From Octopus sinensis (Eukaryota): a stretch of 64,000 bases of DNA. The stretch lies in contig NC_042997.1 of NCBI RefSeq assembly GCF_006345805.1, positions 94,116,001-94,180,000 on the forward strand. The letters are read 5' to 3'. This document shows positions 14,273-27,553 of this stretch, one piece after another. Under the pieces are notes generated by a model. That model worked only from the letters and a program-made list of their open reading frames with translations, searched no databases and was not told the origin of the DNA. Positions within the stretch are counted from its first letter, which is position 1; each line of letters starts with the position of its first letter. The position numbers and the translations under genes were made by a program.

Positions 14273-14880
14273 TATATATATATAATATATAGATATATAT
14301 ATATATATAATATATATATATATATCCATATATACACACATATATATACATATACATATACCTATATATATACACACACACATATACACACATATATATA
14401 TATACATACTTACACACATGTACAAATACATACACACATAGATAACTCTACGTACCTACATACATAAACACACGGGCGTACACGTATATGTACATATACA
14501 CATACACATACACACGCATATATATACATACATACATACACATACACATATATATACACACACACATACAATATATACACACACACCGACATATAAATAT
14601 ATACATATACTATATAGATATATATATATATACATATACACACACACATATCCATGGGTGCAACATACATACATACTCATACACGCACACACCCTTACAT
14701 ATACATATATACACACACTTACACACATATATATACAACACATATACATACATACATACATACATATATGCATACATACACACACACATATATATATACA
14801 TACATACAATACACAACTATACATATATATACACACATATATACACATGCACATACTTATATCTCTACTACTCGCATATC

Positions 14881-14920
<40 letters not shown>

Positions 14921-15171
14921 ACACACATACCTATATATACATGTATATATACACACACATATATATACACATCTACAATTTGTATCTACACTCACATACA
15001 TGCACATACACATACTCTACATACCTACATATACATCGACTACTCGCGTACACTCATATATATACACATATATACATATACAACCCACCACATACATATA
15101 CATATACATATATCTATATATAAATATATACATAATACACATATACACACCATACATAGATATATATATAT

Positions 15172-15211
<40 letters not shown>

Positions 15212-15889
15212 CATACATACATACACATATACATACATGTACATATACGTATACATACACACATATACACACACATACATATATCAACAATTGAGGGTAA
15301 AGTTAATTAGTTATTAATCAGTTTCACCAAGTATTCAGTATTCATCAGTATTCATGTGTGTGTATGCGTGTATGTGAGTATGTGTGTATGTGTATATATA
15401 TTTTTCTGTGTGTATATGTATGTGTGGTCGTGTGTGTATATATACATGTGTGTATACGTGTATGCATGTGAGTGTGTGTATGTATACATATATGTGTATG
15501 TGTAGAGATGGATATGTATGTGTAAGTGTATATATATGTATATATGTGTGGGTGTGACGTATGTGTGTATGTATATGTATGTACGTTGGTGTGTGTGTGT
15601 ATATATGTATACATATGTGCATAGGTATAAGTGAGAATCTTCTTATTTACCTAAAACTCTATTCCCTTTTATATATATATATATATATATATTTTTATTT
15701 TTTAATTTTTTTATTCTTCTATCTAATTTAACACTGACCTCCTTGAACACTCCCCCAAGTATGATATTTTGCGCTATGCCTACCCCAAAAAGTCCCCCAC
15801 CAACACCCCTTTAAACATGCCTAGTATAATGCCAATACAATTCTGTGAACTAGCTTCCTGAAGATTTCTCTTGAATGAACAGTTCTAGT

Positions 15890-15931
<42 letters not shown>

Positions 15932-15964
15932 TATATATATATATATATATATATAGATTATATT

Positions 15965-16000
<36 letters not shown>

Positions 16001-16003
<3 letters not shown>

Positions 16004-16264
16004 GGTCCCGGGTTGATTCGGGGTTAACCACAGTAAATAAGGTACTCAATACATAGCAGAGTAAAATTAATTTATCATAGAAGGAGCTTCTACAGGACTA
16101 GAACTGTTTCATTCAAGAGAAATCTTCAGGAGCTTCCTGAAGATTTCTCTTGAATGAACAGTTCTATCCTGTAGAAGCTCCTTCTATATAATAAATTAAT
16201 TTTACTCTGCTATGTATTGAGTACCTTATTTACTGTGGTTAACCCCGAATCAACCGGGACCTAC
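16001..16264. repeat. About 264-bp palindrome containing two divergent hammerhead motifs (16085-16134 minus, 16131-16179 plus)
   Basis: gtaggtcccggg...cttcagg|agct|tcctgaag...ccgggacctac; arms differ almost only by 1-nt indels. Confidence 0.9.
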
Positions 16265-16335
<71 letters not shown>

Positions 16336-16375
16336 ATATATAATTATTTTATATATTATATTATATATATATATT

Positions 16376-16410
<35 letters not shown>

Positions 16411-16420
16411 ATATATAATC

Positions 16421-16454
<34 letters not shown>

Positions 16455-16480
16455 ATGCGTGTATGTGTGTTTTTTGTATG

Positions 16481-16858
16481 TATTCTCTTTTACTCGTTTA
16501 CTCTTTTATTTGTTTCAGTCATTTGACTGCGGCCATGCTGGAGCACCGCCTTTAATCGAGCAACTCGACCCCGGGACATATTCTTTTGTAAGCCCAGTAC
16601 TTATTCTATTGGTCTCTTTGCCGAACCAGCATCGGTGTCAAGCAATGCTAGGGGGACAAACACAGACACACAAACACACACACGCATATATATATATATA
16701 TACGACGGGCTTCTTTCAGTTTCCATCTACGAAATCCACTCACAAGGCTTTGGTCGGCCCGAGGCTATAGTAGAAGACACTTGGCCAAGGTGCCACGCAG
16801 TGGGACTGAACCCAGAACCATGTGGTTGGTTAGCAAGCTACTTACCACACAACCACTC
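16481..16858 (-). mobile_element. SINE family A (internal deletion)
   Basis: Reverse complement of 5099-5553 including head and tail. Confidence 0.88.
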
Positions 16859-16894
16859 TATATATATGTGTGTGTGTGTGTATGTATTTCCCTA

Positions 16895-17060
16895 GTCTTT
16901 TACACGTTACACTCATTTAACTGCGGCCATGCTGGAGCACTGCCTTATGGGGTTGAAGAAATCGACTCCAGAACTTACTCTTTGTAAGCCTAGTACTTAT
17001 TCTATATGTCTCTTTTCCCGAACCGCTAAGTTACGGGGTGGGGGTCAAACAGTCACAAAG
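16895..17060 (-). mobile_element. SINE family A, 3' fragment
   Basis: ctgcggccatgctggagcac...tagtacttattctat...gaaccgctaagttacg. Confidence 0.75.
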
Positions 17061-17087
17061 ACACACACAGTAAATATATATACATGT

Positions 17088-17157
<70 letters not shown>

Positions 17158-17621
17158 CTATACACACACGCACACATACACACACAAACACACACACAGA
17201 CACACACGCATGTATATATATGTATGAACGCCACGCCCCCCACCCTTCCCCTCCCTCCCTTCCTCCTTCCTTCTTTTTCTTACTACTGACCTTTGTCTGC
17301 TAAGCTGACCACTATCTCGCCCTACCTCACACGCCTACACACAGACGCACACACTAACACACACATATATATCTTTTTGTTTTTTCATCTCGCCTCACAC
17401 ACACACATACCACACGCACACGCACACACACACTCACACATACACACATCTGTTGCGTTAACCAACCTTGTCTCCACTCTTTTGCCTTAAAAAAACCCAC
17501 TTTGCTCGTTTTCGTAAACATCCGCCTTTCACCATGTGCAACTCGTAAACACCAGTCGTCTTTTTTTCTCTTCCCTGTTGCCCGCTCTGGGATCTTTCTT
17601 TCCTCTCTCTTCCTTCTTTAT

Positions 17622-17656
17622 GTTTCCGACGAAGAGCTCCGCTCGAAACGTCATAC
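17622..17656 (+). ncRNA. Minimal hammerhead motif in Penelope-like remnant (about 17270-17750)
   Basis: gttt-CCGACGA-a-GAGC-tcc-GCTC-GAAA-CG-TC-atac; palindromic ACGT stem III; one stem I mismatch. Confidence 0.6.
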
Positions 17657-17743
17657 CTCCCTGCTTCCTTTTCCTGAGCGCCTATTAATAATAATACTGT
17701 AATTGTTCCATTGTTGTTGTTTTTTTTGTTTCCCGTTTGGATT

Positions 17744-17779
<36 letters not shown>

Positions 17780-17784
17780 AATAA

Positions 17785-17891
17785 ATACGATGGGTTTCTT
17801 TTAATTTTCGTCTACCAAATCAATTCAAGGCTTTGATCGGCCCGAGTCTATAGTACTGAACCCGGAACCATGTCGCGAAGCAAGCTTCTTA
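17785..17891 (-). mobile_element. SINE family A, deleted head fragment
   Basis: ttcgtctaccaaat..aaggctttgatcggcccgag..ctgaacccggaaccatg..cttaccacacagccac. Confidence 0.75.
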
Positions 17892-18087
17892 CCACACAGC
17901 CACGCTTGCGCATTATATGCATACACACACCACACACACACCACACACATATATATATATATATATATTTACGCACAAATACCAGTAAATACCATTTAAT
18001 CAATAATTATAAATATATGTTAAGTATTTAAGTATATAAATATTGAACTATTTCTATATTTTCTGTCAAGATTTTGATATATACTGA

Positions 18088-18343
18088 GTGTATTTTGCTG
18101 CGGGTGTTCAGACAGTTTATCACCCATACTTACACGTGCCTTCATTCCATTATCTAAACTTTTCATTGAATATTTTGCTGTTTTCGGTTGCAGCATATAA
18201 AGGTTTTTAAAATGAAGCGTTACCCGTACCTGAAGATTTATTTTAAAGTAAAGGTCTTGCACAGAGTCAATCCCACTCGTTCAGTAACGTATGCATTTGC
18301 CCCAAAAGAACTACTAGTTTGCATCATTGGATGTAAAAGGTGT
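18088..18343 (-). mobile_element. Degenerate retroelement fragment, probably Penelope GIY-YIG region (copy 2 of 2)
   Basis: Highly similar to 3655-3907 with matching end points. Confidence 0.45.
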
Positions 18344-18996
18344 ATAAATATTCTTCTTAATAATCTTTGGAATAGCCCTAAATTTTATCTGTATATACAT
18401 AGCAGCAGTGTTTTATAGTAGTTAAATGTAGTACTATATGATAAGACTTACACTATCCCATTAACATTGGTCTGCTTAATAGCAGCCAACATCTTGTTTG
18501 AAGTATTCTCTCACTAAACCTAATGACATTGCTTCAAATAAATCTTGATTTATGGCTATGCCATTTAGATTGTCTATCTACCCCACCCCAAACTGATACT
18601 ACCCCCTGTCTTCTCTCAGATTTGATAAACTAGTCTATAAAATTAAAACTGACCCCCCGCCCCCGTATTTAAAACTAAGTAACAGAAATAATCATTGAAA
18701 AGCAGTGTCTTTTTTTAAAAAACATTTCAGTTACAACTATGATGTTGTTGGTAAAACATGGTTTTTGTCTATCTCCTTATCCTTTTGGAGAATTTGGATA
18801 AAATTATACTAATGTGTCCTTCAAATTTAATTAAATTCTATATTTTTTGTGCAGCTGAAGATTGCTCTACATTTTAAATTGATGTAATGTTTGCATTGTT
18901 CTATTAAATGGAGTCGTATGAAACGATCGTACTGCATTACCTCTGGATATCCTTGTTGCTTATTTTGATTTATATATATATATATATATACACACA

Positions 18997-20268
18997 ATAA
19001 GTTAAATAGTGATACAATTCACAATCCAATAATTTATATCATAATATAACATAATATACTATGAATATAATATAATATAAAATAACAAATAATTATTAAA
19101 AAAACCAAAGAAGCCAACAATTTGTTTCGACTTATATCCATATCTATAGGGTATTTTAGGTTATATTGATTGCAGCTCTAAATTTATTTTCATTATTACA
19201 GAATTCTCCCTACGATTCATTAAGTAAACAAAGACATTTTTTGTTAGGTTCCTATTCATATTTATTACGGAATTCTCTCTCCGATAAACAATAAAGAGCC
19301 TTTTTTATTAGTTACTTTAAACAATCTTTTTTTTATATCAATAACTTTAAATAAATAGATGAGTTGTTATATATTAAAAATATAATTATCATTTATATTT
19401 TTTCCACGTTTTATTACAATTTCTAGATTAAGTAAGACCCTGATACTTAATTATATACATATGCAGAGTGATCCCAAAGTAGGTTTATAGGTATTCAACT
19501 ATCTCTTCCGCTTTCATATATTAAGAGTTTACATCTTAATTATATAAAAAAAAACTATGAAACCATAATTCTATGCGGATTTAGTTGATTTTATCAAGCT
19601 CCCTTTTTAGTTTGTGAGGTAGAAATTTAAATGTAATAAAATGTTTTAAAATGAAATTTAAAGTGCCTACGTGATAACTATAAACCTTCTTTTGGTCCAC
19701 TCTGTATATTATTGTTGTATGTTATTACAAAAGCGAAAGATTGTCTTCGACATAAACGTGTTTGGTTTAATATTATTTGCGATATATGTAGATTCTATTT
19801 ACTAAATAATTTTGTCCGTTATAATTTTGCTGTTTTTAATTGTAATTAATATGTAGTTGAATGGCTAACGCTGATGCGCATAATACATAGGCATTTGAAT
19901 TAATTTTTTTTACAATCCAGCCGTCATTTCACACGGAATTTTGTCTATCTTTAAATCGTAGGCTGTGATGAGGTTTATATAAAGGAATTGAATTGTTTAT
20001 ATATCAAAAATGTATAAAAGTCGAAACAAACTGTTGGCTTTTTTGGTCTTTTAATACTTGTTTATGTTATCTTATATTATATTATATTCATAGCATATAA
20101 TGTTATATTATGATATAAATTACTGCATTGTTAATTGTATCTCTCTATTTAATTTATGGTTTGTAATTTTAATTATACCCATATTTATGTGGTACTCAAC
20201 CGCCGTACCAGTGAATTGGACGTTTTACATACCCCTTTGAAGGAATTTTTCCTTAGTTTGTTACTTTA
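18997..20268 (+). mobile_element. Penelope-like non-autonomous element with inverted partial pLTR and degenerate HHR (19960-20040)
   Basis: 18997-19137 is inverted vs 20015-20157; aggct-GTGATGA-[long stem II]-gtc-GAAA-caaactg-TT-ggctt; (TA)n at both ends. Confidence 0.6.
19464..19704. mobile_element. Tc1/mariner-type MITE nested in the previous element
   Basis: About 27-bp imperfect TIRs CAGAGTGATCCCAAAGTAGGTTTATAG / CTATAAACCTTCTTTTGGTCCACTCTG; TA on the right side. Confidence 0.75.
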
Positions 20269-20321
20269 TATATATATATATATGAAAGAAGGTTTGAAAA
20301 TGCAATTCTAAAGATGCTTAT

Positions 20322-20367
20322 TCACTTGACCGGTTTCACATTTTTAGAAAAAGATTGTCAAAAGTAA
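20322..20367 (-). ncRNA. Hammerhead ribozyme with U3-A8 variant core, in Penelope pLTR remnant (about 20283-21040)
   Basis: Reverse complement: TTACTT-TTGACAA-t-cttttt-cta-aaaatg-t-GAAA-CCGG-TC-AAGTGA; palindromic ACCGGT stem III, GUC triplet. Confidence 0.6.
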
Positions 20368-21229
20368 AATGTAAAGCTTTGTATAAGCTTTGTTGTGTTA
20401 AGTACTTGTTATCACAACATATTAAAATACATATATACATTCTTTGGTAATAATAAGAAAATGTTAAAACAGTTTACAAAGAAATATCTTGAGAAAATAT
20501 TAAACAAAAAGTTCAATGAAAATATTAGGAGTTCATTAATAATCATGTTTGTTTGGAAGTATCTATATACATACACAGAAAAGTCTTAGGAGTTAAAAAA
20601 AAGGCATTTTTGGTAGTATATATATATATACAGAAGGAGATATATTTAGGAATTTACAAAGAATTTGAGATGAACTGACCTGCTTTAGCCTTTTTTAATT
20701 TTGTATGAAGCTAAGGGTTGTTTGCTATTTTAAGGGACAGTTTTTTGGTGGGGTGGGGTGGGGGAGGAAGAGCAATGTGGAATTGAAAGGATTTTTTTGT
20801 TTCTCTTTCATGGTTCAGTGGTTTTGGGGACTGGTCAGACTGGTGTGAGTGTGTGTGTCTCTGTGTACGTCTCTATGTGTGTGAGTGTATACATGTGTTT
20901 GTGTTTGTGTGTATGGGCCATTTTTGATTGGTCCCAGAGTTTATTGTGATGTATATAAATGTATCTGTGTGTGTTTTATATTTGGTAGGATGGTGTGTGT
21001 CTATGTGTGGTTTGTTTTCCTACTCGTAACATAGTGGTTCGGTATGGGGGTTCGATAGAATGAGTATCACACTTAAAAAAATATATTCGATGGTGTCGAT
21101 GTGTTCAACTAAATCATTTAAGACAGAGCCCTCCTAATCGACGAAAAAAGAGGATGAAAAATACAATGCATTAAAATTTGAAATAGGAGTATGAGAACTG
21201 TAAATGAGTATGAGAACTATAATAATTTG

Positions 21230-21705
21230 GTTTGTTGGGAACATAGTCATTAACGACAGAAAAGAAAATACTTTTAGACTAATAGATGTTAATGTTCCAA
21301 TTGATAAAAATATATCTGTAAAAGAATTTGACAAATTAAGTAAATATAAGGACCTGGAAATTGAAATACAAAAGATGTGGCATCATAATGCAGGAACTGT
21401 TCTTATTATTGTGGGTGTCCTAGGTATGATAAGAAAGGGATGTCAGAAATATCTAGATAATATCCCAGAAAAACCGTCTCAGAGAAATCCAAAAGACTGC
21501 GTTGACAAGTACTGACCACATCATAAGAAAGACCAAGCTAATTTAAATGTGTGTTGTATTACATGAAAATATTTCACTACTGCCCCAGTTACTTGCCCCT
21601 TACAAGCTTTCAGTCATACTGCAACATCTCTTACCCTTCACTCGCCCTAGGATGCTGGGTGTATCTCGGCGAGTGATTGTTATAAATATGCAGATTAAAA
21701 GTAAA
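21230..21705 (+). mobile_element. R4/Dong-clade LINE 3' fragment (RLE domain + 3'UTR)
   Basis: IVINDRKENTFRLIDVNVPIDKNISVKEFDKLSKYKDLEIEIQKMW, homologous to 55700-56037; ends in (TAA)n. Confidence 0.85.
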
Positions 21706-21730
21706 TAATAATAATGACAATAATGATGAT

Positions 21731-21773
<43 letters not shown>

Positions 21774-21796
21774 TAATAATAATAATAATAATAATA

Positions 21797-22348
21797 CCCT
21801 GATGCAGTACCAGGCAGTGGCTCTCATGGCTTCTGATCTTAACTAATTGTAAATGTTGTCTTGTACATTGTTCTGTCTTGGTATAAAAGATGGGCTACAG
21901 CAAATATTCTGCCAATACCAAAGATTTGCTTGTAAGTTGTTTGACCTTAACCAGTTGAGCATGTCCCTTAGCGGCTGACGATATGGGCATCCCTGATCAT
22001 GTGCAGAAGTAGTGGGGGAGCATCATAGCCATGTGTTGAGAGGGATTCTTTGGGGTTTGAATAATTCACCTCTGGAAACATGGTTGCTTCGTTCAACATC
22101 CTTGAACAACCCTTATTCAGAGACCTTTTGAACGGGTTGGGTTACTCGATCAAAAGAAAATTCTAACTGGGCCCCATCTGCAAGGTCATGTGCTGTTTAT
22201 CTTGATATGAGATCACCATGTCGCGCACACATGGTTGTGATGCATGTGCCTGGTGTACCCTTATCAGACGGGTTGTCATGATGGGTATATTGGGCTTCGT
22301 ATATTTTACCCCAGTGTCACTTTGATGGCATGAACTGCTCTCTCACTC
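21797..22348. mobile_element. About 552-bp non-coding (TAA)n-embedded interspersed element, copy 1
   Basis: ccctgatgcagtaccagg...ctctctcactc; near-identical to 22421-22971; diverged copy at 52929-53490. Confidence 0.85.
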
Positions 22349-22420
<72 letters not shown>

Positions 22421-22421
<1 letters not shown>

Positions 22422-22971
22422 CCTGATGCAGTACCAGGCAGTGGCTCTCATGGCTTCTGATCTTAACTAATTGTAAATGTTGTCTTGTACATTGTTCTGT
22501 CTTGGTATAAAAGATGGGCTACAGCAAATATTCTGCCAATACCACAGATTTGCTTGTAAGTTGTTTGACCTTAACCAGTTGAGCATGTTCCTTAGTGGCT
22601 GACGATATGGGCATCCCTGATCATGTGCAGAAGTAGTGGGGGAGCATCAACGCCATGTGTTGAGAGGGATTCTTTGGGGTTTGAATAATTCACCTCTGGA
22701 AACATGGTTGCTTCGTTCAGCATCCTTAAACAACCCTTATTCAGAGACCTTTTGAACGGGTTGGGTTACTCGATCAAAAGAAAATTCTAACTGGGCCCCA
22801 TCTGCAAGGTCATGTGCTGTTTATCTTGATATGAGATCACCATGTCGCGCACATATGGTTGTGATGCATGTGCCTGGTGTACCCTTGTAAGACGGGTAGT
22901 CATGATGGGTATAAGGGCTTCGTATATTTTACCCCAGTGTCACTTTGATGGCATGCACTGCTCTCTCACTC
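22421..22971. mobile_element. About 552-bp (TAA)n-embedded element, copy 2 (tandem)
   Basis: Direct repeat of 21797-22348 separated by (TAA)n. Confidence 0.85.
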
Positions 22972-23020
<49 letters not shown>

Positions 23021-23700
23021 TAATAATATATGCATGTATATATAAACGTTTAATTATCTTATACAACGTAGGTTCATGTGAAACTGCATTGTGACTCAAA
23101 TGATTTTAGTGTATCATTTATGATGTAATTTAAGTGAAATTCCTTCAGTGCAAATCGATAATGGTCACTCGTCTTGCTGGGAGCCAGCCACTTTCCTATT
23201 TAGTGCTTACCACTTCTGATCGCCAACAAAAGATGTCTAGACACAACTCTTTGTTGAGGCTGCGGTGGTGTTTTTTGTTGTTGTTTAAAGAAATTTTTTA
23301 GAAGCTAACCTATGATAAAAGATGCTTCAGCCACGATTGTCAGTTACTTCTCTTAGGCAATGTCTGTCTAGGAATATTATATCTAATTTGTCGACGTGCT
23401 ATGTTCAAGACAGTGCAATTTATTGAAAGTTTCATTCTTATTACAGCAAGTCGAGGAATCACGCAGGCTGTATATCTTTGGATCTATGTTGAGCAAATAG
23501 ACGGTCTAAGAAAGTTGTATATGGTATCAAAGAAGCAGCCCTTCGGGCATTTTGTTACTGTTCACTATAAGGATCTATCTATCTGTCTGTCTGTCTGTCT
23601 GTTAGTCTGTCTGTCTGTATATATTTATGTGCTGATATTTATATATGCATGTATATTGATCTAAATATTTATATATGCATACATACACACACACACACAC

Positions 23701-23748
<48 letters not shown>

Positions 23749-24767
23749 AGATAACACTTACTTGGAAATGGATGCGGGGCGTTCAATCATATAATATTAT
23801 AAATAATATATAAATATATAGCATACATACATATATATGCACATACACATATCTGTATATACATGCATATATGGGCACAGGACATCACGGAACGTAAACA
23901 ACATAACATAAACATAAAATACGAAAACAACATGAACTACGAAATACAACATGGAATACAAACTTTTTTGCGAACACCAAAAGAAACAAACGGAAAATAA
24001 GACAAGCAACACAAAAAACTACCCTTCATCAGTTGTTGGCTGTTTTTCTACTTCGTATTTCGAGCATTTCAGAACAAGATACGTATTCGACATAACAGTT
24101 GCTCCTGCAAAACAAATTAAGTAAAATTTGGGAAATTGCGGAGGGTCAAAGATGGTAAACAAAAATGAGACAGTAAAAACAGACAGGTAGGGCTGCTAAG
24201 CCTAGACGAGTTTGAGTTGGTGAACGAGGAGAAACAAGCTCTGATAGGAGACAGACAAGAATGCGTCCAATCAATGTGGCTGATCAGAGAGAAAGAAAGA
24301 AATTCACACACACACATATACACACATATATGCATATACACACACACATTATCTCGTATTTTGGCGTATATGGGTTATCTTTTCCAATGTATTCTTCCTA
24401 ATTCAAGACAACAGAATGGGATTTGAAATAAATTTGTTTGCTATTATCCAGCAGATTGCGTATTCAGGCTGAAGCTTACTTTCCATAAACCCAATGTAAA
24501 CTTTGGCATTGTCATTTGGCTCGGATTAGTCACAGTAGCTGTAAGGCGTTCCAGTTGTGACAGTTCCGTCATTTGTATACCAGGAACCGTATTGTTTCGA
24601 TATAGACTTTACTTAAGCTTATGTTGTGTGAGAACTTGTATGGCAGCTGAATTGTTGCGTGTTTATCAAACCTTGATATGACTCATGATAAAACTATTTG
24701 ACGTTAGGAAGAATGTTTCTCAGAGTTGCAAAAACCCGTTTTATTATTATGCAAATATATAAACGTA

Positions 24768-24965
24768 GCAAGCTGGCGGGATTGTTTGAGAGCAGTATTT
24801 GTTTTGGCTCTGCACGCACCGAGTTCAAATCCAACAAAGATCAATTTTGACTTTCATTCTTTGTGGATCGATAACCTAAAATACCATCCTTGTGCTGATA
24901 TCGATGTCCCCATCCCATCCCATCCCTTAAAAACGGCTGGCTTTTTGCCTAAATCAGAAACAATT
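24768..24965 (+). mobile_element. Diverged SINE family B
   Basis: agctggcgggattgtt..gagttcaaatcc..gactttcattctttgtggatcgataa; homologous to the reverse complement of 49716-50102. Confidence 0.6.
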
Positions 24966-25581
24966 ATTTATACAAATATATAGATTTCAGTAAAATCTAA
25001 AGCATAAAAGGAAATTATAAAACTATAAAATCCAACTAAAGCAAATATATTTTGAATTACTTTTCAATTTTGAATGAGTGATTTTATCTAAAGATTATTC
25101 AATATAATGTTTGGTATATTAGTGTAAATATTCTCATTTTAATGATAGTAAATATCCATCATCGGAGATTACGGGGGCGTATGTAGAAGCATTCATATCC
25201 ATGGAACCGAAGCGTAGACTTTGAGGCTTCTTCAGCACCGTGTTGAAAGCTCAAGGTATCTCTTAGTGTAAGCACCAGTCTAAAGACAAGATTTGTGGAT
25301 ATAGTGCTGCCATGTCTGCTTTTGTTGCTTAGTGCAGGGTTGGCTGTGTTGGTCACAGTTGTAATGTTGAACAGTACCTCATGTCTAATAGCTACATTGA
25401 TGGGAAACGTACCAAAGGTAATGGAAAGCAGAGATGCCTGATGCAGTCTCGTACAATGTATATCAGTTGCAGTCATTTGAAAAGAAATCTCTCTCTCTCT
25501 ATCTAGCTATCTATTTATCTATATCTATATGTATAAATATATACATACAACATACATATACATAAATACATACGTATCAGA

Positions 25582-25826
25582 TGATCACGTGACCGACCGC
25601 ACTATCAGTTATTATAACACTTCGCTGGTCACGATGCGCTTTGCATCATTTTAGCCTTCATATGATGACACCTCTCTGGCTAGGCGAGCAGGCCAACATT
25701 TGTCTCTGATCTAAAGGGAGACTGAAACAACGTGAAAGGAAGAGTTTCACACAAGAACACAATGCGCCGCCCGGTCAGGGAATCAAATCCACGTAATGGC
25801 TGTACCACGAGGTCACGCACCTTCAC
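25582..25826 (-). mobile_element. Third tRNA-derived SINE type (degenerate)
   Basis: Reverse-complement head gaaggtgcgtgacctcgtggt..gatttgattccc..ttgtgttcttg..tttcacgttg; tail ending ggtcggtcacgtgatca. Confidence 0.55.
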
Positions 25827-26999
25827 ACACACACACACACACACACGCACACACATACACACACAGACAGACACACACACACACAAACACACACACAGAC
25901 ACACACACACACAACACGTACGTACGTATGTATGTATATGATTCATTCGTCTGTCTCGAATTTTCAATGAATAGTGTTGACGTGGCATGAACCATTGCTG
26001 CTTCTACCTCATCCAAATTTGCGACTACTTACTTATGTAAAGAGAAGTGATCAGGGAAGTTGATTGAATATTTTAAATGAGATACGAATTCACAAATCTT
26101 AATATAACAATCAAATAATATCTTATCTAGTTGGCCATCAAAGCTGCATCACACAGTTACAACCAGCAAATTTTATGTAAATCTAAACACACGCATTCCC
26201 AAATGCAAATACCCACAAACAAACGCACATACGCACAAGCAAATACAAACATACATATCGATGCACAGTTTTAAGCTCACACACATTCAAAGAGATATAA
26301 CAAATACACACTGACGAAAAGAGAAAATAACTCCAGCTAGGAAAAAAATCTGAAGTATTTACATTTACAACGCCGCCAACAATTGATATCTAAGTCTGGT
26401 AATTTCCTTTAATTTCCAGCTTCAATCGTTCGCTATTTGTTAATAGATTTATCCAATAGATATTATATCATCCAATCAGTTTATCGACTTAGAAAAGACG
26501 GAACACGAAGAAATCAATGTGCAATTGCAGAGGTTCAATCAATAATTTATTAAACTGGACAGTTTATTAATATTTTGTGGATAGAACACGCCAGTGATTC
26601 CTTAGTAAGTGATGTGGCTGCTTGATAAAACGCAATAACCATGTGTTTACTATTTCCAAATCCAGTGAATGGAGAAATATTCTGGTGAATGTCGTAGAAT
26701 AGGAAACAAGTTCTTGGTGACCAAAGAATGCGAATCAATTTTAATTCCTATTAGATGCTAATCTATTTCAATTTGTATCAATGATACTCTCAGAAAATAA
26801 TGCATGAATATCACTGCACAGCACATACGCTTTTCTACAAATATAAAAAAAATTAGCAAGCAATTTGATTTAAGTTGTCGAAAATCGTCGACTTTTAATT
26901 GAAGCAATTTCTGTTAATTTACGTAAAAAATGACATAAAAAAACCCCATTCATGTCACAACTGAATGGATCATCTCCTGTTAAGTATATGACTTTTGTA

Positions 27000-27553
27000 T
27001 TGGGTTGTCCGGAAAGTTCGTGCCGATTTTTAAAGGAAAGAGATACTTGCCATAGTATTTTTAATCAACCAAATATGAACCATTTTGTTGCACAATGCGT
27101 CTCCATCTTTCCTTTAACTTGAAAATACTCTCTTTCCAGAATTGAGGTGGTTTCATGGCAAATAATTCATTAAGGTATCTTTTTACGTCATCCTATGAAT
27201 TGAAATTTTTACCATTAAGACTAATCTGCAGGAACCTGAATAAGTGGAAATCCGAAGGAGCAATATCTGGTGAATATGGAAGGTGGGGTAACACATCCCA
27301 GCCGAGCTGCAGCAATTTTTGTATGGTTCCCAAATCATCAAGTGCCAAAAATGAACTTTCTTATCTTCTATTTTAAAGGGTTACAGATTTAACACAGGTT
27401 ATAGGAACATAAACCCTCTTCTACGAAAATATAGCTTAAACTGTGCTCTAAATGGAGGTGTAATCAAAACCAATTTTATGAACTCAATCATGTTCTAAAA
27501 TAAATGGAAATATAAGCTACTATAAATCGGTACGAACTTTCCGGACAACCCAA
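27000..27553 (-). mobile_element. Internally deleted mariner element
   Basis: 30-bp TIRs TTGGGTTGTCCGGAAAGTTCGT(G/A)CCGATTT, TA TSD; retains HLPYSPDIAPSDFHLFR..WRRIVQQNGSY. Confidence 0.93.

Larger units (their letters stand above)
11413..16264 (-). mobile_element. Non-autonomous Penelope-like composite element with HHR-bearing terminal repeat in four copies and microsatellite-rich interior
   Basis: About 11500-12080 is inverted at 15355-15892. 11413-11547 is repeated directly at 16001-16134 and inverted at 16131-16264. No credible ORF; (TA)n flanks. Confidence 0.65.

Noticed and set aside
24015-24070. Type II hammerhead (minus: GAAA..CTGATGA)
   Set aside because: No UH cleavage triplet and no stem I hairpin, although the surrounding DNA looks like an interspersed repeat.
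25159-25476. 105-aa ORF
   Set aside because: No identifiable domain or splice context; probably an old repeat.
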